Of a stretch of DNA of 64,000 bases, positions 26,300 through 36,176 are shown one piece after another. Where the stretch lies: the NCBI GenBank assembly GCA_964394405.1, contig CAYMVY010000002.1, forward strand, positions 192,092 through 256,091, given 5' to 3'. How positions within the stretch are numbered: position 1 is the stretch's first letter; the number at the start of each line of letters is the position of its first letter. A model generated the notes under the pieces. That model did not search any database. It was given only the letters and a program-made list of their open reading frames with translations, and was not told where the DNA came from. This DNA comes from an uncultured Gammaproteobacteria bacterium. Its GTDB lineage: Bacteria; Patescibacteriota; Patescibacteriia; Magasanikbacterales; UBA922. A program made the position numbers and the translations under genes.

Positions 26300-27727
26300 T
26301 TATTGTGGTAAAAATTGCCGAGCGCGTTCAACTCCCAGATTCCATTCTTGCCATGATTCGTGTTTTTGAATAAATCTATTTTGAACTTCCAACAGAGGCT
26401 TCAGTGCTTCAGCTTGATCGGTTTTTTGGGTTGCAGCAACCAAAAATTCCATTGCATCAACTGAGAGTGGGCGGAAATAATCTATATGCGATTCTCCACT
26501 TATGAACCGTACATAATTTTCTTCACCTACCATTTTATCTACATTGATAGAACTTACTATAGTGAAAGCAGTGATACCAAGAATCGCAGTAGTATAAAAG
26601 AAAAAATGGAACGATTTTTTCATGACGATACTTACGAGAGCAAGCACGAGAATCGTGAGAACAAAATAGATAAACCATTCAACATACAGGCGAAGGGCGC
26701 TATAACCTAGATCCTGAAATAGATTCATCCGATATAATGCAAATGATGCAATCGCTCCTACCTGCGCAATAGATACTATCATCAGAGTTTTGAGAAACTT
26801 TCCTGCACCATGATACGAGACTGAACGATAGAACACGACGAGCATGAGCGCGGTCAGTGTGATTACCCAGGTGAGCTGGAAAAATCCGCTACGCGCAAAT
26901 TCTGCATTCTGCAGTGTTCGTAATTGTACGATCAGGAAGAATAGAAATAACGCATTAACGAGGGTAAGGATGGTTCCTGATACCACCTCGTCAATCTTCC
27001 ATGCTTTAACCACTCGAGAACCCAAAATTCGATGTCCTTCATCCAAAAATATGTAGAGGAAACTCGCGCCAAACAGGGTGAGCAGGATTGTTCGAATAAC
27101 TCTTCCAACTGTATCTTCTTCAATTTGAACCCAATCAAAAAATCGTCCAAAGAAATTGTCTACAGCATTATTGAAGGTCGGATCAGCACTAGCAAATAAT
27201 GATGAGAAAATAAATAAAATAGGAATAGAGATAATAATACCAATTGCAATTTTTCTATACACTGCATTCTTTTTGCTCTCCTTTGTTTTTCCTCGAAATA
27301 AATCCCGATATACCTTCCCCCATTGATCAAAAAAAATAAATATATTTCGAACTACAGGTATTTGCAGCAGGGACAGTGAAAATTTTCCCGGATTTTTTAA
27401 TGGAAGTAAAATCGAGAATAATACGAGAAGTCCAAAAATTACTAGTAGTGTAAGACTATGTACGAGTTCATTATTGTAGATCATCACATCGAGACTCAGT
27501 ACTAGAATTGGAATAAGCAACAATAATGCACCACGTCGGTGAATCTGTTTTGTAGTGAATGTAAGTGCTACGAAGCCTATACAATATATGAGTACAAATA
27601 AGAAAAATCCTAGGCCCAATTCTTTATTCCACAGAAACCATTCAAATAGAATCGCCATGAGTAACGCAAAGCCAATGTACGAAAGACGGATGTATCGATT
27701 TTTTTCTTCTGTGGTAAGCATATACAT
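26300..27727 (-). CDS. hypothetical polytopic membrane protein (DUF4173/DUF4153-like architecture)
   Basis: 475 aa, more than 10 TM helices, C-terminal soluble tail. Confidence 0.5.
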   Translation of the reverse strand: MYMLTTEEKNRYIRLSYIGFALLMAILFEWFLWNKELGLGFFLFVLIYCIGFVALTFTTKQIHRRGALLLLIPILVLSLDVMIYNNELVHSLTLLVIFGLLVLFSILLPLKNPGKFSLSLLQIPVVRNIFIFFDQWGKVYRDLFRGKTKESKKNAVYRKIAIGIIISIPILFIFSSLFASADPTFNNAVDNFFGRFFDWVQIEEDTVGRVIRTILLTLFGASFLYIFLDEGHRILGSRVVKAWKIDEVVSGTILTLVNALFLFFLIVQLRTLQNAEFARSGFFQLTWVITLTALMLVVFYRSVSYHGAGKFLKTLMIVSIAQVGAIASFALYRMNLFQDLGYSALRLYVEWFIYFVLTILVLALVSIVMKKSFHFFFYTTAILGITAFTIVSSINVDKMVGEENYVRFISGESHIDYFRPLSVDAMEFLVAATQKTDQAEALKPLLEVQNRFIQKHESWQEWNLGVERARQFLPQ

Positions 27728-27786
27728 TAAAATTACTCCTTTATGTGAGCATACACTATATGGCTAGAATTAGGCAAATTATACCC

Positions 27787-27815
27787 TTGACAAAAGCAAA
27801 GAAATATGGTATTAT
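27787..27815 (+). promoter_or_regulatory. sigma70-type promoter TTGACA-17-TATTAT
   Basis: exact -35, 17-bp spacer, near-consensus -10. Confidence 0.6.
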
Positions 27816-27877
27816 GATTTGTCCTTTTGGACCGTTCGCCATTGGTGAATGAACTCTGTGACAAGGATACCAGAAAA

Positions 27878-28087
27878 ATGCTGAGGCATGAGTTTCTCCA
27901 GCAGTTCGATGCTATTGGCCGCAATCATGCGGTCAAAATCATCCAGTCCAACGGCGGAGAGTACGTGGCGAGGTGGCCTGATGTGAAGATCCACGCTCGA
28001 CACGTGAAACTCCCGGATGCCACCGCCCCCGCCGCCATCCGTGTGCCGTACGACGAGATCAAAGGTGTCACGAAGTACTCCGGGTAG
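27878..28087 (+). CDS. hypothetical small protein, GC-rich (start ATG 27878; alternative TTG 27827)
   Basis: 70-86 aa; AAGGAT 9 nt upstream of the ATG; about 55% GC. Confidence 0.35.
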   Translation: MLRHEFLQQFDAIGRNHAVKIIQSNGGEYVARWPDVKIHARHVKLPDATAPAAIRVPYDEIKGVTKYSG

Positions 28088-28184
28088 ACCGCGCAAGCAC
28101 ACCCAGATCTCACGCCCTGCCGTCCCGTGTTTGTCCCCCGACGTACGTCGAGGTCTCGACGAACACGGGCGGCACAAACACATT

Positions 28185-28207
28185 CACCGAAATACGGTGT
28201 TTTTTTA
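28185..28207. terminator. intrinsic terminator (T-run overlaps the mnmA stop)
   Basis: CACCG-aaata-CGGTG followed by TTTTTTT; preceded by a larger GC-rich stem CCGTCCCGTGTT...AACACGGGCGG. Confidence 0.55.
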
Positions 28208-29290
28208 TTGTATAACTCCCCCACCCAAACATTCGCCTTCTTTATATAACACTGCAAACTGACCTGGACTTATGGCACGCTGAGGATTAGTGCAGGCAAT
28301 AGTAATTGTATGCGGATTGGAAACGCGGACACTGCATTTCTCTAATTTTTGTCGATGGCGAAAGCGTACCATGCAATCAAATGATGAACTGGCTGGTTCA
28401 CCTGAAATCCAATTCATTTGCTCCACTTTTATTTCTGTAGTAAAAAGCATTGGATCATTTTCATTCCCAACAATTAGTTCATTTTTTTTAATATCTTTAC
28501 CCACCACATACAGCGGTCGCTCTCCCCCAGCTTGCGCAAATCCGTGTCTTTGACCAATGGTATAAAATGGAAGTCCCTCGTGCTCACCAATGATTTCTCC
28601 ATTCTGTTTCCGTACACTCCCCTTCCTGCCTTTAATTCGTTTGCTCAAAAATTCTTTCATTGATACTTCACCGATAAAGCAGATTCCCATGCTTTCTTCT
28701 TTTTTCGCAGTTGGGAGATCAAACTTCTCCGCAAGTTCTCTCACTTCACTTTTTTTGTACTTCCCAATTGGAAACATTGCGTGCGAGAGTTGCTCTTGAT
28801 TGAGTTGGTGCAAAAAGTATGTCTGATCTTTTTCTGTATCAACTGACTCAAGCAAATGATATTTGTCACCTTTTTTCTCTACCTCTGCATAATGCCCAGT
28901 TGCGAGAATATCAAATCCTTTACTCTTAGCAACCTCAAGCCATGCTCCATACTTGATCAAACTGTTGCACAAAATATCTGGGTTTGGTGTGCGCCCTGCT
29001 TCGTATTCACGATACACGTACTCAAGTACTTTTTCTTTATATTCTTTTCTGAAATCAAGTTTGAGTAATGGAATGTCTAATCGAGCGGCTACTCTAAGTG
29101 CGTCTCGATATTCGGGAATCCAACATGATTCACCATCAGTAGTAATAGCCTCGTCCGCAGTATCATAATTGATCATGAATGCGCCCGTAACATCATATCC
29201 TGCGCGAACCAAAAGAGCGGCAGCGACTGAAGAGTCGACACCACCAGACATTGCGATGAGGATTTTCTGTTTTTTATTTTTAGAAAGCAT
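28205..29290 (-). CDS. mnmA: tRNA-specific 2-thiouridylase MnmA
   Basis: PP-loop SGGVDSS, catalytic Cys contexts, 361 aa. Confidence 0.9.
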   Translation of the reverse strand: MLSKNKKQKILIAMSGGVDSSVAAALLVRAGYDVTGAFMINYDTADEAITTDGESCWIPEYRDALRVAARLDIPLLKLDFRKEYKEKVLEYVYREYEAGRTPNPDILCNSLIKYGAWLEVAKSKGFDILATGHYAEVEKKGDKYHLLESVDTEKDQTYFLHQLNQEQLSHAMFPIGKYKKSEVRELAEKFDLPTAKKEESMGICFIGEVSMKEFLSKRIKGRKGSVRKQNGEIIGEHEGLPFYTIGQRHGFAQAGGERPLYVVGKDIKKNELIVGNENDPMLFTTEIKVEQMNWISGEPASSSFDCMVRFRHRQKLEKCSVRVSNPHTITIACTNPQRAISPGQFAVLYKEGECLGGGVIQ

Positions 29291-29324
29291 AACGGCGAGA
29301 TAGTATCAAAAAAATTCGCTAAAA

Positions 29325-29411
29325 TCAATAGAACACGGATGACACGGATTTAACGGATTGGAACGGATAAAATCCGTGTTAACCCGTGTGATCCGCTAAA
29401 CCCGTGTTCTA
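29325..29411. repeat. about 85-bp compound palindrome built from 4 + 4 tandem ACGGAT/ATCCGTGT units at about 10-bp periodicity
   Basis: atagaacACGGATgacACGGATttaACGGATtggaACGGATaaaATCCGTGTtaacCCGTGTgATCCGCtaaaCCCGTGTtctat. Confidence 0.55.
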
Positions 29412-29433
29412 TGAACTTTACTTAAGACACCTA

Positions 29434-29889
29434 TTACTTACTTTTCTTATGCAACCCCGCCTCATCAAACGTATAGGTCCGATCAAACTCGAACCCAGCG
29501 TAGGTAGCAGTACCAATCAGAATTATCACTGTCACATAAAATTTCCAATCAGCATACAGTGTCCTCAACATTTTCACTACTCCTTCTTCTGGCGTACTCG
29601 AGGCGACGAGTATCACATCAAGTACACACGAAACCACAAGCGTAAAAATTCCCAAGAATAATCCTCTTCGAGTTGAGGGCTGAAATTTTCTAAAATACCA
29701 TTTTGCACACACCAGTATTACCGGGATTAATGCCAACAGGTATACAATGCACTGGAATACGGGGATTTCATTTGGCTTGGTATCGAGACTGGTACCAAAG
29801 ACTACAAACAAAAGCGCAAATAGAATAAAGCTTACGATATAAAATAATAAGGAGAACCCAAGTGCTCGTTTGAAATGCAAATCTTTCAT
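29434..29889 (-). CDS. hypothetical membrane protein
   Basis: 151 aa, 4 predicted TM helices. Confidence 0.45.
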   Translation of the reverse strand: MKDLHFKRALGFSLLFYIVSFILFALLFVVFGTSLDTKPNEIPVFQCIVYLLALIPVILVCAKWYFRKFQPSTRRGLFLGIFTLVVSCVLDVILVASSTPEEGVVKMLRTLYADWKFYVTVIILIGTATYAGFEFDRTYTFDEAGLHKKSK

Positions 29890-29932
29890 ATTTCAAAGTA
29901 AAAAATAAAAAGGTAGAAGTCAAAAGAAATAC

Positions 29933-31936
29933 TTACACCAGATCATCAAACGATATTTCCTCATCTTCATTCATTTTCTTTGGCTGACCCTCATTTGCAG
30001 CTGGTTTTGGTGGAGTTGGTGGGACTACTTTTTCCTCTACCACTGGTGCTGGTTTTGGTAAATCAACTTGCGGAGCAGGTCGAGGTGGAATGATTGGACG
30101 TGGTTCAGTAACACTAGGTTGTATTGGACGAACTTGTTCTTGCCCCACTTGAGAATTTCCTCCTTGATTTTGTGATTGACCCGAAAAACCTGACGACTGA
30201 CCACCTTGTTCACCCCCACCCTTATTACCTCTTCGTCTGCGTCTGCGTTTTTTTCCAGTTCCTGGAGTACCTGGGGCTTGAGAAGCTCCTCCTTGTCCAA
30301 AGGAAGAAGCCGGAGTAGTAGATTGTAGAGATCGTGATGGATTCTCGCTTCTAGACTGAACATGACTATCCCGGGGTGGTAGATCATTTTTAGGTTTCAG
30401 ATCGCTCAGAGAAATAGTCTTTTCTTCTCTAACTTCATTATTTTTTGGTTCAGGCTTTTTTTCCTCGTTTCTCTTTGGAGATTCCTGCTTTTGCATTATA
30501 GGTTTCGGTGCGGGTGGTAATTGAGGTTTTGGTTGTTCACTTGGTAATTTTTTCAATTCACTCATCCCTGAACTAATGAGTGGAGTTTCAATATCTTCTT
30601 CTCCTGCATCTTGCGCATCAGTCTCAGACATACTCCAACGACCAATCTTTTCTTCTACCAATTCTCGCTTGCGACCATATCGTTCACGTGATATTCGAAT
30701 CACCTTTTCCGCTGAATCAGTCGGATGTGCAAGTGGTGGTAAGGTCATAGCACTAAATGGATGTGACGCCACCCCATCAATCATGAGTTTTAGAATAATC
30801 TGGTATTTCGTGAGATTTACAATATCTTCTTCGGTAAATGTGGGAGTAAACTCTTTTACAAGCATCTCAGCATCAGCACCACCGATACGGAATGTTACAA
30901 TGGTTCCGACGTTTCCAAACACTGCATCAGCTACGACTTCGTCCAGCTGTGCCACATATTGATGCGCCATAATCAGACTCAGACGATATTTGCGAGCTTC
31001 TGATAAAATATTTGCAAACGATGGAGTTGCAAAATTTTGAAACTCGTCCACGTAGAGGAAAAAGTCCTTGCGATCTGGTTCTGGCGTATCAACGCGTTCC
31101 ATTGCTGATAGTTGCAGCTTGGTAATAAGCATACCTCCAAGCAAACGACTATTATCTTCACCAATTCGTCCTTTTGACAAATTCATGATAAAAATTTTCT
31201 TTGAGTCCATGATGTCGCGTACATTGATCGTTGATTTTACCTGCGCGACCATATTTCGAATAATTGAGACGGATAAGAATTGTCCAATTTTATTCTGGAT
31301 CGGTGCTACTGCTTCTTTTGCATATCGCTCATCATAATTCGCAAATTCATCACGCCAAAAAGCCTTTACTACCGGATCTTTGAGTTGACGCACGACTCGT
31401 TTCCGATAATTTTTGTCAGACAATAGACGATTGACCCCAAGTAGAGTAGATCCTGGGTAATCAAGTAACGCGAGTAGTGTATTGTTTAAAATATATTCCA
31501 TTCTCGAACTCCACACATCTGGCCAGATTTTCTTGAATGTACCCATGAGTCCTGAGGCGACCAAATGTTTCTGCTCTTCTGTCTTGACCTCAAGAATATT
31601 GAACCCAATCGGATTGTCGATATCAGCGGGATTCAAATATACTACATCATTCAAACGCCAGGATGGAATATGATTAATGATTTTTTCTGCAAAATCTCCG
31701 TGCGGGTCTACCAGTCCGATCCCATGTCCAGCGTAGATATCAGACAAGACCATATTCTCCATGATCGTTGTCTTTCCCATACCTGTTTTTCCAATCACAT
31801 ACATGTGACGACGTCGATCATCTGTTTTAATACCAAAACGACGCATTTGATTGCGGTAGGTTGTCTGCGCAAATACACAAATTTCCTCTCGCTCTTTTGG
31901 AACTTGTCCTGGAGTTGTCAAATGTGAGGTTGGCAT
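29933..31936 (-). CDS. P-loop ATPase, TraD/VirD4 (type IV coupling protein)/HerA-FtsK-like, with a long disordered Pro/Gly/Gln-rich C-terminal tail
   Basis: Walker A VIGKTGMGKTT, Walker B FFLYVDEFQNF, LIMAHQ motif; last about 230 residues low-complexity. Confidence 0.55.
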   Translation of the reverse strand: MPTSHLTTPGQVPKEREEICVFAQTTYRNQMRRFGIKTDDRRRHMYVIGKTGMGKTTIMENMVLSDIYAGHGIGLVDPHGDFAEKIINHIPSWRLNDVVYLNPADIDNPIGFNILEVKTEEQKHLVASGLMGTFKKIWPDVWSSRMEYILNNTLLALLDYPGSTLLGVNRLLSDKNYRKRVVRQLKDPVVKAFWRDEFANYDERYAKEAVAPIQNKIGQFLSVSIIRNMVAQVKSTINVRDIMDSKKIFIMNLSKGRIGEDNSRLLGGMLITKLQLSAMERVDTPEPDRKDFFLYVDEFQNFATPSFANILSEARKYRLSLIMAHQYVAQLDEVVADAVFGNVGTIVTFRIGGADAEMLVKEFTPTFTEEDIVNLTKYQIILKLMIDGVASHPFSAMTLPPLAHPTDSAEKVIRISRERYGRKRELVEEKIGRWSMSETDAQDAGEEDIETPLISSGMSELKKLPSEQPKPQLPPAPKPIMQKQESPKRNEEKKPEPKNNEVREEKTISLSDLKPKNDLPPRDSHVQSRSENPSRSLQSTTPASSFGQGGASQAPGTPGTGKKRRRRRRGNKGGGEQGGQSSGFSGQSQNQGGNSQVGQEQVRPIQPSVTEPRPIIPPRPAPQVDLPKPAPVVEEKVVPPTPPKPAANEGQPKKMNEDEEISFDDLV

Positions 31937-32000
31937 GGAATTATGACTGATTACCTACTATAGCAGAGTCTATAGTATAGCATAAACAGAATCATCAGAG

Positions 32001-33074
32001 CTACTGTATAGCGCGTTCACAGATCTCGATGATATCCTCGGAGTCAGCGACTTTGAGCATTTCATGCATGGTATGCGCGAGTGATTTTGCAGCTTCAGGA
32101 TTTCCCAACAGTTCTTTGATCTGTTTTGCAATATAGAGACCGTCTGCAGTAGTCTCATTCACCAATATTGCCGCACCGCCACGTTCCAAAAATCGAACGT
32201 TTTCAACCTGATGGCCTGGTTTTGGAATAATAATACAAGGTTTCTCAAGCGCAGCCGCCTCGGTCAAGGTTCCAAATCCTCCGCGACACACAATAATGTC
32301 TGCAACAGCATACGCATCTTTCATCTCACTTCCCAAAAACTGATACACATGGTAGTGCGGAAATAATTCTTCTGTTTTTACGACCATTTGCTGCGGACGC
32401 TCTCGACCTGAGAGATGTATAATCTCAGCATGATCAATAATATGTGGCACTGCCTCTGCAATAAGCTGGTTTACCCGAAGTGAGCCTGTCCCCCCTCCGA
32501 GAACCAGGACTACAGGCAGCTTCCCAGAAAGTTTGAATATTTTTTTTGCCCGTGCCCTATTTCCCTCAAAAATTTCTCTGCGAACCGGATTACCCAGCCA
32601 GACGGTTTTTCGTTTTGGAAATTGTGTGGTGATTCGCGACAGTGACGTGGTAATGACCGTAGAGTATGGAACCATAAGCTTATTTGCGAGCCCAACCGCC
32701 ACATCCTGCTGATGCACCCAGGTCGGAATTCCCAATAGCCACGCAGCTGCGTGTACTGGAACAGACACAAATCCACCTGCAGAAATACACAGTGTAGGAT
32801 CTTCTCGTAACAAAATCCGTACTGCCTGAAAAAATCCGCGTATTATCCTCCCGATATCAAACAGATTGAGAAATGAAAAATATCTACGAAACTTTCCCGC
32901 AGAAATCGCTTGAAATGGAATACCATGCTCTGCGATTAATTCTACTTCAGGACCGTTTTTTGTTCCAATCCAAAAAAAACTCGCATATCGATCTTTCTCT
33001 CTAATCACATCCTTTATTGCTAGAAGCGGTGTTACCGGGCCAAGTGTTCCTCCTCCGGAGAATAGTATTTTCAT
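32001..33074 (-). CDS. murG: undecaprenyldiphospho-muramoylpentapeptide beta-N-acetylglucosaminyltransferase
   Basis: MKILFSGGGTLGPVTPLLAI N-terminal G-loop; GT28 C-terminal domain; follows ftsW. Confidence 0.85.
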   Translation of the reverse strand: MKILFSGGGTLGPVTPLLAIKDVIREKDRYASFFWIGTKNGPEVELIAEHGIPFQAISAGKFRRYFSFLNLFDIGRIIRGFFQAVRILLREDPTLCISAGGFVSVPVHAAAWLLGIPTWVHQQDVAVGLANKLMVPYSTVITTSLSRITTQFPKRKTVWLGNPVRREIFEGNRARAKKIFKLSGKLPVVLVLGGGTGSLRVNQLIAEAVPHIIDHAEIIHLSGRERPQQMVVKTEELFPHYHVYQFLGSEMKDAYAVADIIVCRGGFGTLTEAAALEKPCIIIPKPGHQVENVRFLERGGAAILVNETTADGLYIAKQIKELLGNPEAAKSLAHTMHEMLKVADSEDIIEICERAIQ

Positions 33075-33097
33075 AGTTTACTGTGTTTTCTAACTTA

Positions 33098-33228
33098 GTA
33101 ATAACTCAAAACGTAAAATTCAAAGCTCAAAACTGAAACTAAAAACTAAAATCTTTCAGCAAAAAGAAAGTAGGATTTTAAAATTTGAATTGTAGTTTTT
33201 AGTTTTGACATTTGAGTTTTGAGTTATT
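33098..33228. repeat. AT-rich imperfect-palindrome intergenic element ('caaaactcaaa' family); right arm overlaps the ftsW stop codon
   Basis: aactcaaaacgtaaaattcaaagctcaaaactgaaactaaaaact ... agtttttagttttgacatttgagttttgagtt. Confidence 0.7.
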
Positions 33229-34336
33229 TTGCATGTTTACTCACATTCACGACGACACCCAGTGCTGCCATACTAATCATAAGTGCAGTCCCCCCATGAC
33301 TTATAAAGGGAAGTGGCACTCCTGTCAATGGCAGCAACCCCAGCATTGCACCTATATTCATCAGTGTCTGAATACCAAACCAACTCATAATACCGAGCAC
33401 CAACAATCGTCCAAATTCATCAGAAGTATGTTCGGCAATTGAAAATCCACGGAAAAATAACAATGTATATGCAGCAATGCACGCTACCATAACTACAAAC
33501 CCCAATTCTTCTGCGGCTACAGCAAAAATACTGTCTGCATGGACTTCTGGTAAATATTGAAATTTTTGGCGTGAATGTCCCAAGCCTAATCCAAACCATC
33601 CACCCGTACCAATCGCCAAAAATGCCTGATTCATCTGATACCCCGTACCCTCTGGGTCAAGTTCTGGATGCAAGAACGTGACAAACCGATCTGCCCGATA
33701 TGGTGCCGCGTAAATCATCACGCCAAATGCGATGACCCCGAGCAAAAATAAAATCAATAAATGGGACAATTTTGCTCGTGCGAAAAAAAACATGAGTACA
33801 ATTAGCGATCCCAAAATAAACATACCTCCGGTATCTGGTTGTAGTGCTACCAGAACTAGCGGAATTGTTGCTACACATAGTATGGAGAGAAACCCGTGTA
33901 CTTGTCTGATCGCATTTCCTGCAGAAGAAAGTACTGCGGCTAGATATATGATAATCCCCAGTTTTGCTGCCTCAATCGGCTGAAAAGAAAAATTACCTAG
34001 TACAATCCAACTTTTTGCAAACGTATTATTATTTGATCCAATGCCTGGGATAAATACAAGAATGAGAAGCGCGACTGCAAGAATAAACACAGGTAATGCA
34101 TATTTTTTCCATACCGTATAATTGATCTTTGACATTACCAAAAACAATAAAATTCCTGGAAAAAAGCCAAAAAACAGCTGCCGCTTGATAAAAAAATACG
34201 CATCTGAAAACCGATCGAGACCTACCGCAACTCCTGCCGAACTAAGTACTAACAATCCAAACAAAATAATAGCGCCTGCGTAGCCAATAAATACATAATC
34301 AGCGCTATTGTGTGTAAGAGTCTGGGCTCGACGCAT
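33224..34336 (-). CDS. ftsW: SEDS family peptidoglycan glycosyltransferase FtsW (or RodA)
   Basis: 370 aa, 10 TM helices; position upstream of murG favours FtsW. Confidence 0.75.
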   Translation of the reverse strand: MRRAQTLTHNSADYVFIGYAGAIILFGLLVLSSAGVAVGLDRFSDAYFFIKRQLFFGFFPGILLFLVMSKINYTVWKKYALPVFILAVALLILVFIPGIGSNNNTFAKSWIVLGNFSFQPIEAAKLGIIIYLAAVLSSAGNAIRQVHGFLSILCVATIPLVLVALQPDTGGMFILGSLIVLMFFFARAKLSHLLILFLLGVIAFGVMIYAAPYRADRFVTFLHPELDPEGTGYQMNQAFLAIGTGGWFGLGLGHSRQKFQYLPEVHADSIFAVAAEELGFVVMVACIAAYTLLFFRGFSIAEHTSDEFGRLLVLGIMSWFGIQTLMNIGAMLGLLPLTGVPLPFISHGGTALMISMAALGVVVNVSKHAK

Positions 34337-34343
34337 ACCTTAA

Positions 34344-34706
34344 TTAAATATTCAAAAAGACAATCAGCACGCTTGAAATTGCGACAAATAGATTGACCAT
34401 CATTGCTATTGCGAGCAATAGGTATGCGAGGAACCAGTCTTTCTTATACAAAATCCATGCAGTAATAAAATTAGCCACCAGAAGCGCAAGTCCAATCAGT
34501 GATGCGTAGTATACTTCCCCTGATTCGCCAATTTTATCTACCCCAAAGAGAATATTATAATGCAAGAATACCTGTTCCAGATCTCGAGGAATCTGGAGTA
34601 GGAGCCATAGCCAAGAGAATATATTGAGCGCTAGCGCCCCTCCGAGCATGCTGAGTACTGGTACTTTGCGGACAAAAAGTTTTAGTGGATACACATGATA
34701 TTCCAT
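34344..34706 (-). CDS. hypothetical membrane protein
   Basis: 120 aa, 4 TM helices. Confidence 0.4.
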   Translation of the reverse strand: MEYHVYPLKLFVRKVPVLSMLGGALALNIFSWLWLLLQIPRDLEQVFLHYNILFGVDKIGESGEVYYASLIGLALLVANFITAWILYKKDWFLAYLLLAIAMMVNLFVAISSVLIVFLNI

Positions 34707-34823
34707 ACCGCTCTAGTATACGTGCACAGAGCTATCTTGACAAGATAAAGACAATCACGTATACTCCCCAGCGCATTACCTAGTTTTACAGTTTGTATTT
34801 TAAACCCCCTTTATTTTTAGCCT

Positions 34824-35171
34824 ATGGCAACCAAAAAGGCGGGTGGTGCGGTCAGGCTTGGACGTGATTCCAATCCTCAATACCTCGGTGTGAAAGTCGG
34901 CGATGGACAGCCGGTTCACTCGGGAATGATCCTCGTCAGACAGCGAGGCACGCGCATTCACCCTGGAAACAATGTCCGCCGTGCAGTAGATGATACTCTC
35001 TTCGCGGTTGCGTCTGGAGTAGTAAAATTTCAGACCAAAAAACGAACACGTTTTGACGGAAAAATGAAAACCGCAAAATATGTGCACGTACGCAGTGCTG
35101 AAGCAATCGCAGTAGCAAAAGGAAAATCAGCTGCGCACGCAAAGGCAAAAGCGACAAAGAAGAAGAAATAA
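34824..35171 (+). CDS. rpmA: 50S ribosomal protein L27 with a C-terminal Lys/Ala-rich extension (115 aa)
   Basis: [24 protein letters not shown]...[17 protein letters not shown] matches L27; about 25 extra basic residues at the C-terminus. Confidence 0.85.
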   Translation: MATKKAGGAVRLGRDSNPQYLGVKVGDGQPVHSGMILVRQRGTRIHPGNNVRRAVDDTLFAVASGVVKFQTKKRTRFDGKMKTAKYVHVRSAEAIAVAKGKSAAHAKAKATKKKK

Positions 35172-35172
35172 T

Positions 35173-35202
35173 AAAATCCCGCGAAAGCGGGGTTTTTGTT
35201 TA
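35173..35202 (+). terminator. intrinsic terminator of rpmA
   Basis: AAAATCCCGC-gaaa-GCGGGGTTTTTGTTT. Confidence 0.7.
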
Positions 35203-35230
35203 AACAATGCTCAAGTGATATACTACTCTC

Positions 35231-35336
35231 ACTAACTCAAAACTTAAAACTCAAAGTTCAAAACTACAACTAAAAACTAAAAAGTTTTAAGCTTTAAGTT
35301 ATAGTTTTACGTTTTGACATTTGACTTTTGAATTTA
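35231..35336. repeat. AT-rich imperfect-palindrome intergenic element ('caaaactcaaa' family)
   Basis: actaactcaaaacttaaaactcaaagttcaaaactacaactaaaaact ... aagttatagttttacgttttgacatttgacttttgaattt. Confidence 0.7.
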
Positions 35337-35341
35337 ATACC

Positions 35342-36151
35342 ATGCTTCTGGAAGCTGTGAAACAAATCCTACTCTCAACATTAATCCAAATCGGCATTGT
35401 TTTCGGTTTATTTTTCATTCTTGGATTTATCCATTCGATTATTTACAAACTGACGATCCGATTTTTTTCTAGAGTTTTTGGATGGACTGGGATTATTGTC
35501 ACCGGAGTCATCGGTACACCGATCCACGAAATCTCACACTGGCTCATGGCAAAAATTTTTCGCCACAAAATACACTCAGTAAGTCTCTTTAGCCCAGACC
35601 GAAATTCGGGAAAACTCGGACATGTCGAGCATAGCTACGATCGCAGGAGCGCCTACCAAACTATGGGGAATTTTTTTATTGGATCCTCCCCTATTATTTT
35701 TTGCTCACTCGCACTGATCACCTTATTGTATTTTTTCTTTCCCAACCCTTCAGCTATTATTACTCCATTGATCACCCTTCCTCACTCAATCCAGGAGTTT
35801 CTTCATGCGTGGAGTACTTCATTTGGCAATGCATGGGCACAGATTGATGTTACTAGTTGGAAATTTTGGATATTCTTTTTTCTCTCACTTTCAATTGCAC
35901 TACACATGTCACCAAGTTCCTATGACCAAAAAACAATGTGGAAGGGTTTCTTCCACATTTCACTCCTTATGCTTCTAGTAAATATTATATTAACGCTTAC
36001 TAAAGTCCGATATACTGAATTTCTTCTTTCTCATGTTTCCGCACTCTACACCTTCGCCTGGGTATTAGTCTATGCAATCGGAGTTTCAGTACTTTTTCTT
36101 ATACTATCTTTTATACTCTACAGCATCAAAAGAATTTTTGTCCGTAGATAA
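35342..36151 (+). CDS. membrane protein with an HExxH motif (DUF3267-like putative zincin peptidase)
   Basis: HEISHWLMA between TM helices; start moved to ATG 35342 because the ORF-track TTG start is inside the repeat. Confidence 0.45.
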   Translation: MLLEAVKQILLSTLIQIGIVFGLFFILGFIHSIIYKLTIRFFSRVFGWTGIIVTGVIGTPIHEISHWLMAKIFRHKIHSVSLFSPDRNSGKLGHVEHSYDRRSAYQTMGNFFIGSSPIIFCSLALITLLYFFFPNPSAIITPLITLPHSIQEFLHAWSTSFGNAWAQIDVTSWKFWIFFFLSLSIALHMSPSSYDQKTMWKGFFHISLLMLLVNIILTLTKVRYTEFLLSHVSALYTFAWVLVYAIGVSVLFLILSFILYSIKRIFVRR

Positions 36152-36176
36152 ATTATCATCCCTTTGCGAGTTTACA

